Shown here piece by piece: positions 38,640 through 48,738 of a stretch of 64,000 nucleotides of DNA. Numbering within the stretch: position 1 is the stretch's first letter; each line of letters begins with the position of its first letter. The position numbers were made by a program, and so were the translations under genes. This stretch comes from an uncultured Clostridia bacterium. Lineage in GTDB: Bacteria > Bacillota > Clostridia > Oscillospirales > Acutalibacteraceae. The notes under the pieces are model-generated. The model made no database searches. It was not told the origin of the DNA and worked only from the letters and a program-made list of their open reading frames with translations. The stretch lies in NCBI GenBank assembly GCA_938028975.1, contig CALHES010000009.1, positions 32,792-96,791 of the forward strand. The letters are read 5' to 3'.

Positions 38640-39788
38640 ATGAAAAAAATATCAATTTTAGGTTCAACCGGTTCAATAGGCGTTCAGTCTATTGATGTTT
38701 GCAGAATGCACGGTTATGACGTTAAATGCTTAACGGCAAATACAAATGTTAATAAAATTGAACAGCAGGTCAGAGAGTTTCATCCTGAACTTGTTTGTAT
38801 GATGAATGAGGATGCTGCTTCCGATTTAAAAACTAAAATTGCCGACACAAATACAAAAGTTGTTTGCGGTATGGACGGCCTTATTGAATGTGCTATATAT
38901 GACGGCGCCGATATTACTCTTAATTCGGTTGTGGGAATGATTGGACTTCAACCTACATTAGAGGCAATTAAGGCTAAAAAAACAATCGCACTTGCCAATA
39001 AGGAAACACTTGTCGCCGGCGGTCATCTTGTAACAAATGCCGCAAAAGAAAACGGTGTTTCGATTTTGCCTGTAGACAGCGAGCATTCGGCTATTTTTCA
39101 GGCAATGCAGGGCAGTCCGAGAAAAGAAGCTGTGAAAAAAATAATATTAACCGCATCCGGCGGACCGTTCTTTGGCAAAACTTTGTCAGAACTTGAAAAC
39201 GTTACTCCGGCAGACGCTTTAAAACATCCAAATTGGGATATGGGCGCAAAAATAACCATAGATTCTGCCACAATGATGAATAAGGGCTTGGAGTTTATTG
39301 AAGCAAAATGGCTTTTTGATATGCCTAATGAAGATATTGAAATCGTTGTTCACAGGGAATCGGTTGTTCATTCCGCTATAGTTTATCAGGATAATTCGGT
39401 TATTGCACAACTTGGTGTGCCGGATATGAGAATCCCTATTCAGTATGCTCTTACTTATCCGGAGCGTGAGCCGAGCCCCGTGGCTCCTTTATCTCTTGCC
39501 GATTACGGTAAATTAACATTTTTTGAACCGGATTACGATACTTTTAAATGTATTAATGTTTGTAAAAATGCTATTGCAATGGGCGGTTTGCATCCTGCAG
39601 CAGCTAACGGTGCAAACGAAGAAAGCGTAAAACTTTTTCTTCATGGCAAAATTAAATTTACAGACATTGCATATCTTAATGAAGAGGCTATGCTTAAAGC
39701 TGCAGATGTGAAAGATTTTACATTGGCAGATGTGCTTGAAGCAGATAAACAGGCAAGAGAATTTGTAAGAAATACCGTTAATGCTTGA
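38640..39788 (+). CDS. dxr: 1-deoxy-D-xylulose 5-phosphate reductoisomerase
   Basis: MKKISILGSTGSIG NADPH-binding N-terminus, LANKE and SEHSAIFQ motifs. ATG at 38640 after GAGGTG. Confidence 0.95.
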   Translation: MKKISILGSTGSIGVQSIDVCRMHGYDVKCLTANTNVNKIEQQVREFHPELVCMMNEDAASDLKTKIADTNTKVVCGMDGLIECAIYDGADITLNSVVGMIGLQPTLEAIKAKKTIALANKETLVAGGHLVTNAAKENGVSILPVDSEHSAIFQAMQGSPRKEAVKKIILTASGGPFFGKTLSELENVTPADALKHPNWDMGAKITIDSATMMNKGLEFIEAKWLFDMPNEDIEIVVHRESVVHSAIVYQDNSVIAQLGVPDMRIPIQYALTYPEREPSPVAPLSLADYGKLTFFEPDYDTFKCINVCKNAIAMGGLHPAAANGANEESVKLFLHGKIKFTDIAYLNEEAMLKAADVKDFTLADVLEADKQAREFVRNTVNA

Positions 39789-39803
39789 ATATAATCTTTA
39801 GGA

Positions 39804-40847
39804 GTGGTGAATTTGACTTCTGTTTGGAGTTCGGTTTATCCCGTTTTAATTGCAATTTTATTTTTTGAATTAATAATAATTATTCACGAGGGCGGGCATT
39901 TTATTGCCGCCAAGTTAATGAAAATTCGTGTTAATGAATTTGCAATAGGTATGGGACCTAAAATAATTTCTTTTAAGAAAAAAGAAACTCAATATTCTTG
40001 GCGTCTTTTTCCGATAGGCGGTTATTGTGCTATGGAAGGGGAAAGCGAGGAATCCGAAGCAGACGGCTCTTTTTCCAAAAAAAGCGTGTGGGCAAGACTT
40101 TTTGTTGTGGTTGCCGGTGCGTTAATGAATCTAATTTTAGGTTTTATAATAATTTTCGGTTTAATTTGCAGCCAGTCAAGTATAGGCACAACCACGGTTG
40201 CAAAGTTTGACGAAAATGCAGTCAGCTCATCATACGGCTTGCAGGCAGGCGATAAAATTAAAAGTATAGACGGTATGAAAGTTTATACAACAACAGATGT
40301 TCAAACAGGCTTATCACGTTCTAAAGACGGCAGTGTGGATATGACGGTTCAACGAAACGGAAAAACAGTTAATCTTTCCGTTACCTTTGATACCGAGGGT
40401 TATGAGGGAAAACAATATATTGTTATGGATTTTTGGCTTTTAGGTAAAGAAAAAACTCCGTTAAACGTTATTTCCAACGCAGGAAATGTTTTTGTTTCTT
40501 ATGCAAGAATGGTTTTCCTTTCTGTTTATGACCTTATAACCGGAACATACGGCGTTTCGGATTTAAGCGGCCCTGTTGGTGCCGTTTCGGTTGTATCAAG
40601 CGCAGTTAAAACAAATTTATATTCTGCGTTTAAAATGATGGCGTTGCTTACGGTAAATATAGGTTTGTTTAATTTGTTCCCGATTCCCGCTTTAGACGGC
40701 TGGCGGCTGTTTTTATTATTGGCAGAGGGAATTACAAAGAAAAAATTACCGGAAAAATGGGAGTACGGAATTAATGCGGCAGGTCTTGTTTTGTTGCTTG
40801 CCTTAATGGTATTTGTAACTTTTTCCGACATAACAAAGTTATTTTGA
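39804..40847 (+). CDS. rseP: RIP zinc metalloprotease RseP/RasP (site-2 protease) with PDZ domain
   Basis: HEGGHF zinc motif in TM1. PDZ region. C-terminal LDGG motif (IPALDGW). Start uncertain (GTG 39804 or TTG 39813). Confidence 0.85.
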   Translation: MVNLTSVWSSVYPVLIAILFFELIIIIHEGGHFIAAKLMKIRVNEFAIGMGPKIISFKKKETQYSWRLFPIGGYCAMEGESEESEADGSFSKKSVWARLFVVVAGALMNLILGFIIIFGLICSQSSIGTTTVAKFDENAVSSSYGLQAGDKIKSIDGMKVYTTTDVQTGLSRSKDGSVDMTVQRNGKTVNLSVTFDTEGYEGKQYIVMDFWLLGKEKTPLNVISNAGNVFVSYARMVFLSVYDLITGTYGVSDLSGPVGAVSVVSSAVKTNLYSAFKMMALLTVNIGLFNLFPIPALDGWRLFLLLAEGITKKKLPEKWEYGINAAGLVLLLALMVFVTFSDITKLF

Positions 40848-40865
40848 TTTTTGCAGGTGGTAAAA

Positions 40866-41918
40866 ATGATTAAAAGAAGAGAAAGCAAAAAAATTAAATT
40901 AGGAAACACATATATCGGCGGCGATGCACCGATTCTTGTTCAGTCGATGCTTAACATTCCTGCCGATAATATTGAAGGTTCGGTTAATCAGGCAAAGGAA
41001 CTTGCGGCAGCGGGTTGTCAGGTAATCAGGTTTGCCATTCCAAATGAAAAAGCACTTGATTTAATTGAACCTATAAAAGAGGCTGTGAATGTTCCTCTTG
41101 TTGCAGATATTCATTTTGATTACAGACTTGCGCTTGGCGCCGCAGAAAGAGGAATTGATAAAATAAGAATTAATCCCGGCAATATCGGTGATGAATCGAG
41201 AGTTAAAGCGGTTGCAGATATTTGTAAGCAAAAGCAAATACCTATCAGAATCGGCGTTAACAGCGGCAGTCTTGAAAAAGATATTCTTGCAAAATACGGT
41301 TCTCCCACTCCCGAAGCAATGGTGGAATCTGCTTTGTATCACGCTTCCTTGCTGGAAAAATTTGATTTTGATGATATTGTTATTTCCATTAAATCTTCAA
41401 ATGTTGTAACTATGATAAATGCTTATGAGATTGCCGCAGAAAAATGCAATTATCCGCTTCATTTAGGCGTAACAGAGGCAGGCACAGAAAGAATGGGCAT
41501 TATTAAATCGTCTGTCGGCATAGGTTCTTTGCTTGCCAAGGGCATTGGCGATACTATTCGTGTAAGTCTTTCCGATACACCTGTTAAAGAAGTTTTTGCC
41601 GCATTCGATATTCTTAAAGCAGTGGGCTTGAAAAATGATTGTCCGTATTTGATTTCCTGCCCAACATGCGGCAGAACAAAAATTGATTTAATCGGCTTGG
41701 CAAAGCAGGTTGAAGAAAGATTAAAAGATTGTAAAAAACCGATTAAAGTTGCGGTTATGGGTTGTATCGTTAACGGACCCGGCGAGGCGAAAGAGGCAGA
41801 TATAGGAATTGCAGGCGGCGACGGAAACGGACTTATATTTAAAAAAGGTGAAATTTTAAGGAAAGTGCCTGAAGATAAATTGCTTGATGAATTGATGAAA
41901 GAGATAGATAAATTATAA
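40866..41918 (+). CDS. ispG: 4-hydroxy-3-methylbut-2-en-1-yl diphosphate synthase (flavodoxin)
   Basis: GcpE TIM-barrel motifs (INPGNIG, RIGVNSGSL) and the C-terminal CPTCGR...GCIVNGPGE Fe-S cysteines. Confidence 0.95.
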   Translation: MIKRRESKKIKLGNTYIGGDAPILVQSMLNIPADNIEGSVNQAKELAAAGCQVIRFAIPNEKALDLIEPIKEAVNVPLVADIHFDYRLALGAAERGIDKIRINPGNIGDESRVKAVADICKQKQIPIRIGVNSGSLEKDILAKYGSPTPEAMVESALYHASLLEKFDFDDIVISIKSSNVVTMINAYEIAAEKCNYPLHLGVTEAGTERMGIIKSSVGIGSLLAKGIGDTIRVSLSDTPVKEVFAAFDILKAVGLKNDCPYLISCPTCGRTKIDLIGLAKQVEERLKDCKKPIKVAVMGCIVNGPGEAKEADIGIAGGDGNGLIFKKGEILRKVPEDKLLDELMKEIDKL

Positions 41919-44900
41919 TGAATTTGTTTAAAGAATATTTTTCGGATTATGTAGATAATTTTCCCCTTTCAAGTTTGGGAAACGGTGAAATTACCCGCTT
42001 TGCAATCAGAAAAGAGGAAAGAGAACTTATTGTTGTTTTAAATCTCGGCGAATTGGTAGATTATTCAGTGTTTGCCGCTGCACAGGAAAATTTAAAGGCA
42101 AATATGAATTTGAAAAAAGCAACAATTAAGCCACGTTACATAAGCGAACTTTTTGAAACTTCATATTTTGGCAGTATTGTTGAGTTTGTTAAAAAGCAAA
42201 ATTCAGCTGCAAACGGATTCTTTGATGATGCCGATGTTGAAGTTAATAATAATGAATTAACCGTTTACTTAAAAAAAGGCGGAAAAGATATTTTACTTGC
42301 CCAAAAGGTAAACGAGGATATAGAAAATGTAATACTTGATTTGTTTGGCATTTCTTTTAAAATTTCTTTTGTGGAAACACAGGCTTTTGACATTGAAAAG
42401 GCTGTTAAAGAGGTTGTTGCACAAAAAAATGCACATGAAGAACAGGTTAAAGCAGAGCAGGCAAAAAATATTAAGCACACCCTTTTGGGCGACTTGCCTA
42501 TTTATGAGGATACGCAAAAAATTATTTTCGGCAGAAGTATTCGTGAAAAGCCAAAGCCGATGAATCAAGTGCAAATAGACGACGGCATTATTACCGTTTG
42601 GGGAGATGTTCTTAAAACAGACGTAAGAGATACCAAAAGGGGCGACAGCAAAATTTTCTCTTTTGATATTTCTGATTACACATCATCGCTAACATGTAAA
42701 ATGTTTGACAGTAACAAGGTTATTGAACCTGTTATTGATAAAATTGCAAATGCAAAAACGCTCATAGTAAGCGGCGGTTATCAGTATGATAAATTTGCAA
42801 ACGAATATGTTTTAAGACCAAACAGTATTGCAACGGTTTTAAAAGCCGAAAAGGAAGACAATGCACCCGAAAAAAGAATAGAACTTCATATGCATACCTC
42901 TTTGTCTGAAATGGACGGAATTTCTTCTCCCAAATCACTTGTTAATCAGGCAATAAAATGGGGGCATAAGGCTGTTGCAATTACAGACCACGGCGTTGTT
43001 CAGGCTTTGCCGGAGGCATATGCAGCAGCAAAAGGCAAAATTAAACTTATTTTGGGAATGGAGGGCTATTTGGTTGATGACACTAAGTATCCCGATTTCA
43101 TGAATATGAAATTAAATCAATTTAAACGTCATCATATTATTTTTCTTGTTAAGGAAGATACATCTATGGATGAATCTATTCCCAAGGAAGAAAGAAAGTA
43201 CGGCAGAAAAAATCTTTACGAACTTATTTCTGCATCAAATGTTAAATATTTTAAAAACAGACCGCTTATTCCAAAATCTCTTCTTGCCAAAAAAAGGGCA
43301 GGCATTATTGTTGGTTCGGCTTGTGAACAGGGCGAAGTTTATCAAGCAATATTAGAGGGCGTAAGCGACGAAGAACTTGAAAAAATCGCTTCATTTTATG
43401 ATTACCTTGAAATTCAGCCAAACGGCAACAATGAATTTATGCTCAGAACAAGTAATCAGGAATATGTGCTTAATAAGCGTGGCGAAGAAAAGAAAAACGT
43501 TTATTGGCGTGTTAACTCGGAAGAAGATTTAATTAACATAAATAAAAAAATCATTTCAGTTGCGGATAAATTGGGCAAGCTTACCGTTGCCACCGGCGAC
43601 GTGCATTTTTTAAGTGAAAAAGACGCTAAATTCAGGGCTATTATTATGGCGTCAAAAGGTTTTGACGATGCTGATAATCAGGCACCGTTGTATTTTAAAA
43701 CTACTGATGAAATGCTTGCCGATTTTGCATGGGCAGGAGACAGGGCAAAGGAATTTGTTGTAGACAATCCGCAAAAAATTGCTGATAGCATTATGGACGA
43801 TATTCCGCCTATTCCTCCCGGAACGTTCCAACCGCATATTGACGGCGCAAATGAGGAACTTACGGAAAAATGCTGGAAAAGAGCAAAGGAATTGTACGGC
43901 GACCCTGTGCCGGAATATGTTGCCTCAAGACTTCAAAGAGAGCTTGATTCAATTATCGGGCACGGCTTTGGCGTTCTTTATGTTATTGCAAAACGTCTTG
44001 TTGAGGAAAGTGAAAGAAACGGCTATCTTGTAGGCTCAAGAGGTTCTGTAGGCTCTTCTTTTGCCGCTCATATGGGCGGTATTTCAGAGGTTAACCCTCT
44101 TGCACCACACTACTATTGCAAAAAATGCAAGCATAGTGAATTTTTCTTAAACGGCGAATACGGTTCGGGATTTGATTTACCGCCTAAAAATTGCCCTAAC
44201 TGCAATATTCCTATGAAAAGGGACGGTCATGAAATTCCTTTTGAAACATTCCTTGGATTTGACGGCGATAAAGAGCCTGATATTGACCTTAATTTCAGCG
44301 GTGAATATCAATCCCGTTCCCACAGATACACGGAAGAATTGTTTGGTAAGGAATATGTGTTTAAAGCCGGAACAATGGCAACAGTTGCGGATAAAACCGC
44401 TTACGGTTATGTTAAAAAGTACCTTGAAGAAAGAGGTCTTAAAGTAACCCGTGCAGAAGAGGACAGGCTTACCGTTGGCTGTACGGGTATTAAAAGAACA
44501 ACCGGTCAGCACCCGGGCGGAATGGTCGTTGTGCCGGATAAATATACGGTTGAAGATTTTACACCTATTCAATATCCTTCAAACGATGAAAAGAAAGGCA
44601 CTTACACAACTCACTTTGACTTTAAAAATTCTCTTCACGACACACTTTTAAAGCTTGATGAACTTGGTCATGATAATCCTACGCTTTATAAATATCTTGA
44701 GGATTCCACAGGTATTCCTGTTATGGAAGTTGATTTGTCTGACCCTAAATTGTATCAGCTTATCACTTCTACAGAACCTATAGGTGTTTCTCCCGAAGAT
44801 ATAGATTGTTCAACAGGTACTCTTGCTATTCCTGAAATGGGTACACCGTTTGTAATCGGTATGCTTGAAGAAGCAAAGCCAAAAACATTTGCCGATTTGC

Positions 44901-45754
44901 TTCAAATTTCAGGCCTTTCTCACGGTACGGATGTTTGGCTTGGAAATGCACAAGAGCTTATTGATAACGGCACTTGCACAATTTCTCAGGTTATCGGCTG
45001 CCGTGATGATATTATGACTTACCTTATTCATAAAACCGAAAAGTATGAAAAGGAAACCGGCAAGGAATCGCCTCTTTCAAAAAAAGATTGCTTTAAGATT
45101 ATGGAATATACCCGTAAAGGTAAAGCACCAAAAGAATTGCCTCCTTATGAACAGGCAATGAAAACCGTAGGTGTTGAACAGTGGTATATTGATTCCTGTT
45201 ATAAAATTAAATACATGTTCCCCAAGGCGCATGCTGCGGCTTATGTTATTGCCGCTCTTCGTCTTGCTTGGTATAAAATATATTATCCTCTTGATTTTTA
45301 TGCGGCATACTTTACTGTTCGCGGCGGCGCTATTGATGCTGTTTCCGCAGTGGCAGGTAAGGATGCGGTAAAAGCAAAAATGCTTGAATATCAGGAAAAG
45401 AAAAAAGCCGGCGGCGTTACGGCAAAAGATGATTCAACTTATGTTGTAAACCAAATTGTTATTGAAATGCTTGCAAGGGGAATTGAATTTTTACCTGTTG
45501 ATATTTATAAATCGGATGCAAGAATTTATAAAATCGAAAACGGAAAAATTCGTTTGCCTTTCGGCGCTATTGACGGTATTGGTGAAAATGCGGCAAAAGC
45601 AATAGCACAGGCAAAGGATGACGGAAACGGCGAATTTATATCTTATGACGATTTAATGGCACGTGCCGGAATAGGCAGAAGCGTTGTTGACGCTCTTAAA
45701 GAAGCAGGCGCATTGGGTGATATGCCGGAATCAAGTCAAATTTCGTTGTTTTGA
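41918..45754 (+). CDS. polC: DNA polymerase III PolC-type (Gram-positive replicative polymerase). This copy apparently lacks the 3'-5' exonuclease domain.
   Basis: OB domain. PHP motif HMHTSLSEMDG...ITDHG. PolC-specific zinc finger CKKCKHSEF...CPNC. Palm/fingers motifs (GSRGSVGSS, FDGDKEPDIDLNF). No DEDDh motifs anywhere. 1278 aa versus ~1430 aa for canonical PolC. Confidence 0.9.
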   Translation: MNLFKEYFSDYVDNFPLSSLGNGEITRFAIRKEERELIVVLNLGELVDYSVFAAAQENLKANMNLKKATIKPRYISELFETSYFGSIVEFVKKQNSAANGFFDDADVEVNNNELTVYLKKGGKDILLAQKVNEDIENVILDLFGISFKISFVETQAFDIEKAVKEVVAQKNAHEEQVKAEQAKNIKHTLLGDLPIYEDTQKIIFGRSIREKPKPMNQVQIDDGIITVWGDVLKTDVRDTKRGDSKIFSFDISDYTSSLTCKMFDSNKVIEPVIDKIANAKTLIVSGGYQYDKFANEYVLRPNSIATVLKAEKEDNAPEKRIELHMHTSLSEMDGISSPKSLVNQAIKWGHKAVAITDHGVVQALPEAYAAAKGKIKLILGMEGYLVDDTKYPDFMNMKLNQFKRHHIIFLVKEDTSMDESIPKEERKYGRKNLYELISASNVKYFKNRPLIPKSLLAKKRAGIIVGSACEQGEVYQAILEGVSDEELEKIASFYDYLEIQPNGNNEFMLRTSNQEYVLNKRGEEKKNVYWRVNSEEDLININKKIISVADKLGKLTVATGDVHFLSEKDAKFRAIIMASKGFDDADNQAPLYFKTTDEMLADFAWAGDRAKEFVVDNPQKIADSIMDDIPPIPPGTFQPHIDGANEELTEKCWKRAKELYGDPVPEYVASRLQRELDSIIGHGFGVLYVIAKRLVEESERNGYLVGSRGSVGSSFAAHMGGISEVNPLAPHYYCKKCKHSEFFLNGEYGSGFDLPPKNCPNCNIPMKRDGHEIPFETFLGFDGDKEPDIDLNFSGEYQSRSHRYTEELFGKEYVFKAGTMATVADKTAYGYVKKYLEERGLKVTRAEEDRLTVGCTGIKRTTGQHPGGMVVVPDKYTVEDFTPIQYPSNDEKKGTYTTHFDFKNSLHDTLLKLDELGHDNPTLYKYLEDSTGIPVMEVDLSDPKLYQLITSTEPIGVSPEDIDCSTGTLAIPEMGTPFVIGMLEEAKPKTFADLLQISGLSHGTDVWLGNAQELIDNGTCTISQVIGCRDDIMTYLIHKTEKYEKETGKESPLSKKDCFKIMEYTRKGKAPKELPPYEQAMKTVGVEQWYIDSCYKIKYMFPKAHAAAYVIAALRLAWYKIYYPLDFYAAYFTVRGGAIDAVSAVAGKDAVKAKMLEYQEKKKAGGVTAKDDSTYVVNQIVIEMLARGIEFLPVDIYKSDARIYKIENGKIRLPFGAIDGIGENAAKAIAQAKDDGNGEFISYDDLMARAGIGRSVVDALKEAGALGDMPESSQISLF

Positions 45755-45837
45755 TTTTATGTTTTGTATTGACATAATCAATTTGATATGTTAGCATATT
45801 ACCACATTAGCACGCTAAAGTGAAAGAGGTATAAATT

Positions 45838-47448
45838 ATGAAACGTTATGCAAAGCTTACTCCCCAGGGAAGCAGAGATTTGCTTTTTGAAGAATGTGAT
45901 GACAGAAAGAATATTGAAACTGTTTTGTCTTCGCTTTATAAAGAAAACAATTATCGCAAAGTTATTACTCCTACTATTGAATATTTTGATGTGTTTGACA
46001 GTGATAACATAGGCATTGAAGCTGAAGAAATGTATAAGCTTACAGACAGCTACGGCAGAACAACCGTTCTTCGCCCAGATAATACAATGCCTATTGCCCG
46101 CCTTGTTGCCACAAGACTTACAAAAAACGATTTTCCCGTTAGGTTATACTATAATCAAAACATTTTTGTAAGAAATAAGGCGCTTGCCGGCAGAACAGAT
46201 GAAATTGCCCAAAGCGGTATTGAGTTTATCGGCGACGGTTCTCTTGAAGCTGATTTGGAAGTTCTTTCAATGGCTGTTGAAGCATTGAAAAGGGTTAATC
46301 TTAATTTTAAAATTGAAATCGGTCATGCCGGATTCTTTAATGCCGTTTTAAATAATATGAATATTACAAAAACGGAAAAAGCAGATATATGCAAACTTAC
46401 AGAGGGAAAAAATTATTCCGCTTTAGGTGATTTGCTTAATAAAATAGGCGATACCGCAGAAACTGCCGTGCTTCATAAACTTCCACGCCTTTTTGGCGGA
46501 ATTGAGGTGCTTGAAGTTGCTAAAGAACTTTATAAAAATGATGATGCAAATAAAGCACTTGATTATATTAAAACAGTTTATGAAAAACTTGTTGATATGG
46601 GCATGGAAAACAGCGTAATGATAGATTTGGGGCTTGTTAACAGGTCAAATTATTACACAGGCATTATTTTCCGCGGTTATGCACAGGGTTCTGGGTTAAC
46701 AATTCTTTCCGGCGGCAGATATGATAATCTTATAGGCGAATTCGGCACAGATGCTCCGGCAGTAGGTTTTGGCGTTAATGTTACGGCGTTAACAAACGCA
46801 GTTAACGAAACAATAAATGTTGAGCGCCCAATCAGAATTGCATTAACAAAAGGCAGGCTTGAAAAAAGCTCCGTATCCTTGTTTAAAAAAATGGGCATTG
46901 ATACAAGTGAACTTGAAAATAAAGGCAGAAGGCTTATTCTTCCTATAGGAAAATATGAGGCCGTTTTGTCAAAAGCACCGGATGTTATAACTTATGTTGA
47001 ACACGGCGTTTGCGACATTGGCGTGGTAGGTAAAGATACTATTGTTGAACACGGTAATTCTTTTTATGAAGTTATTGATTTAAATATAGGTAAATGCAGA
47101 TTTGCTCTTGCATGTCCTAAAGGAACAGACTTCTTTTCCGGTCATAAGCGCAAAACCGTTGCTTCAAAATATCCTAAGGTTGCTAAAGAATTTTTTAAAT
47201 CAAAGGGTATGGATGTTGATATAATTAAAATTGAGGGCAGTGTGGAATTGGCACCGCTTCTCGGCTTGGCAGACGGAATTGTTGATATTGTTGAAACAGG
47301 CTCAACTTTAAAAGAAAACGGACTTGAAGTTGTGGAAGAAATTTTGCCTATTTCAGCAAGAGTAATTGTTAATATGGCTTCAATGAAGTTAAGAAAAGAT
47401 GAAATTGAAACTTTTCTTGCAGATATGGAAAAAGCAAGTAAGGCGTGA
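45838..47448 (+). CDS. hisZG: Fused ATP phosphoribosyltransferase: HisZ regulatory (HisRS-like) domain + short-form HisG catalytic domain in one 536-aa polypeptide
   Basis: Residues 1-~325 are HisZ-like (class-II aaRS-like core, no anticodon-binding domain). From ~330 the canonical HisG N-terminus starts (IRIALTKGRLEKSSVSLFKKMGID...) with no stop or start codon between the two parts. Confidence 0.8.
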   Translation: MKRYAKLTPQGSRDLLFEECDDRKNIETVLSSLYKENNYRKVITPTIEYFDVFDSDNIGIEAEEMYKLTDSYGRTTVLRPDNTMPIARLVATRLTKNDFPVRLYYNQNIFVRNKALAGRTDEIAQSGIEFIGDGSLEADLEVLSMAVEALKRVNLNFKIEIGHAGFFNAVLNNMNITKTEKADICKLTEGKNYSALGDLLNKIGDTAETAVLHKLPRLFGGIEVLEVAKELYKNDDANKALDYIKTVYEKLVDMGMENSVMIDLGLVNRSNYYTGIIFRGYAQGSGLTILSGGRYDNLIGEFGTDAPAVGFGVNVTALTNAVNETINVERPIRIALTKGRLEKSSVSLFKKMGIDTSELENKGRRLILPIGKYEAVLSKAPDVITYVEHGVCDIGVVGKDTIVEHGNSFYEVIDLNIGKCRFALACPKGTDFFSGHKRKTVASKYPKVAKEFFKSKGMDVDIIKIEGSVELAPLLGLADGIVDIVETGSTLKENGLEVVEEILPISARVIVNMASMKLRKDEIETFLADMEKASKA

Positions 47449-47456
47449 GGTTGAAT

Positions 47457-48737
47457 ATGAAAATAACAAAGGCAAACGGTAAAACCGAATACGAACTTAT
47501 TAAAAATCTTAAATTAAGAAGCGGCGAAACAGATAAAAAAATTGTAGATATAGTTACATCAATTATTGACGGAGTAAAACAAGGCGGTGATGAAGCCGTT
47601 AGGGAATATACCGTAAGGTTTGACGGCGCAATGCCTAAAAAAACAATAATTGAAAAAGACGAGCTTCAGCAATATTTGGATATGGTTGATGATGATTTTA
47701 AAAAGGCTGTTACAGACGCCAAAAATAATATTTATGATTTTCATCAAAGACAGGCTCAGCAAAGTTGGATGACAACCAAGGAAAGCGGCGTAATTATGGG
47801 TCAGCGAATTCGTGGTTTGCACAGAGTAGGAATTTATGTTCCCGGCGGTACCGCTGCTTATCCGAGTTCTGTTTTAATGAATGCAATTCCTGCAAAAATT
47901 GCAGGAGTTAAAGAAATTATTATGGTAACGCCTCCGTCTAAAGACGGTTCGCCTAATCCAAATATTATGGCGGCTGCCGCAGTTGCCGGTGTTGATAAGG
48001 TGTTCCTTTGCGGCGGCGCTCAGGCTGTTGCCGCTCTTGCTTTCGGAACGGAAAAAATTCCTAAGGTTGATAAAATTGTAGGTCCCGGAAATATCTTTGT
48101 TGCCACAGCTAAAAAATTGCTTTACGGTGTGGTTGATATAGATATGGTGGCAGGACCGTCGGAAATATTGATTGTTGCAGATAAAACCGCAAAACCGTCT
48201 TTTCTTGCCGCAGATTTAATGAGTCAGGCAGAGCATGACAAAATGGCTTCGGCAATTCTTTTAACAACATCGGAAACAATCGCAAAGGCAACTGTTAAAG
48301 AAATTGAAAAGCAAATAAAGTATCTTGAACGTCAAAATATTATTGAGCAGTCATTAAATGATTACGGCGAAATTATTGTGTGCGAGAATTTAAATCAGGC
48401 AATAGAATTTGCCAATGAACTCGCACCCGAGCATTTGGAACTTTGTGTGGAAGAACCTCTTAAATATGTTGGTATGATTGATAATGCCGGCTCCGTATTT
48501 TTAGGTAATTGGTCGCCGGAACCATTGGGCGATTATTTTGCAGGTCCAAACCATGTGCTTCCCACAAGCGGCACTGCAAGATTTTTCAGCCCTTTGTCTG
48601 TAGACAGTTTTGTTAAAAAATCTTCTTTTATTTATTATACGGAAGAGGAACTTGCAAAGGCAAAGGATGAAATAATTACTTTGGCTGATACGGAAGGCTT
48701 AACCGCTCACGCTAACAGCATAAAGGTAAGATTTTAA
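47457..48737 (+). CDS. hisD: Histidinol dehydrogenase
   Basis: ~425 aa. Conserved YVPGGTAAYPSSVLM, GPSEILIVAD and MSQAEHD motifs. ATG at 47457 with GAGGT RBS (an in-frame GTG at 47445 is the alternative). Confidence 0.9.
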   Translation: MKITKANGKTEYELIKNLKLRSGETDKKIVDIVTSIIDGVKQGGDEAVREYTVRFDGAMPKKTIIEKDELQQYLDMVDDDFKKAVTDAKNNIYDFHQRQAQQSWMTTKESGVIMGQRIRGLHRVGIYVPGGTAAYPSSVLMNAIPAKIAGVKEIIMVTPPSKDGSPNPNIMAAAAVAGVDKVFLCGGAQAVAALAFGTEKIPKVDKIVGPGNIFVATAKKLLYGVVDIDMVAGPSEILIVADKTAKPSFLAADLMSQAEHDKMASAILLTTSETIAKATVKEIEKQIKYLERQNIIEQSLNDYGEIIVCENLNQAIEFANELAPEHLELCVEEPLKYVGMIDNAGSVFLGNWSPEPLGDYFAGPNHVLPTSGTARFFSPLSVDSFVKKSSFIYYTEEELAKAKDEIITLADTEGLTAHANSIKVRF

Positions 48738-48738
48738 T

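Noticed and set aside
41918-42600. Suspicion that the short PolC was due to a missing N-terminal domain
   Set aside because: The N-terminal domain (~190 aa) and OB domain are present. The length deficit maps instead to the exonuclease position inside the PHP domain, reported as a finding.
45755-45837. T-box or histidine attenuator upstream of hisZG
   Set aside because: The leader is only about 80 nt, with no specifier/antiterminator features and no His-codon-rich leader peptide. Too short for either mechanism.
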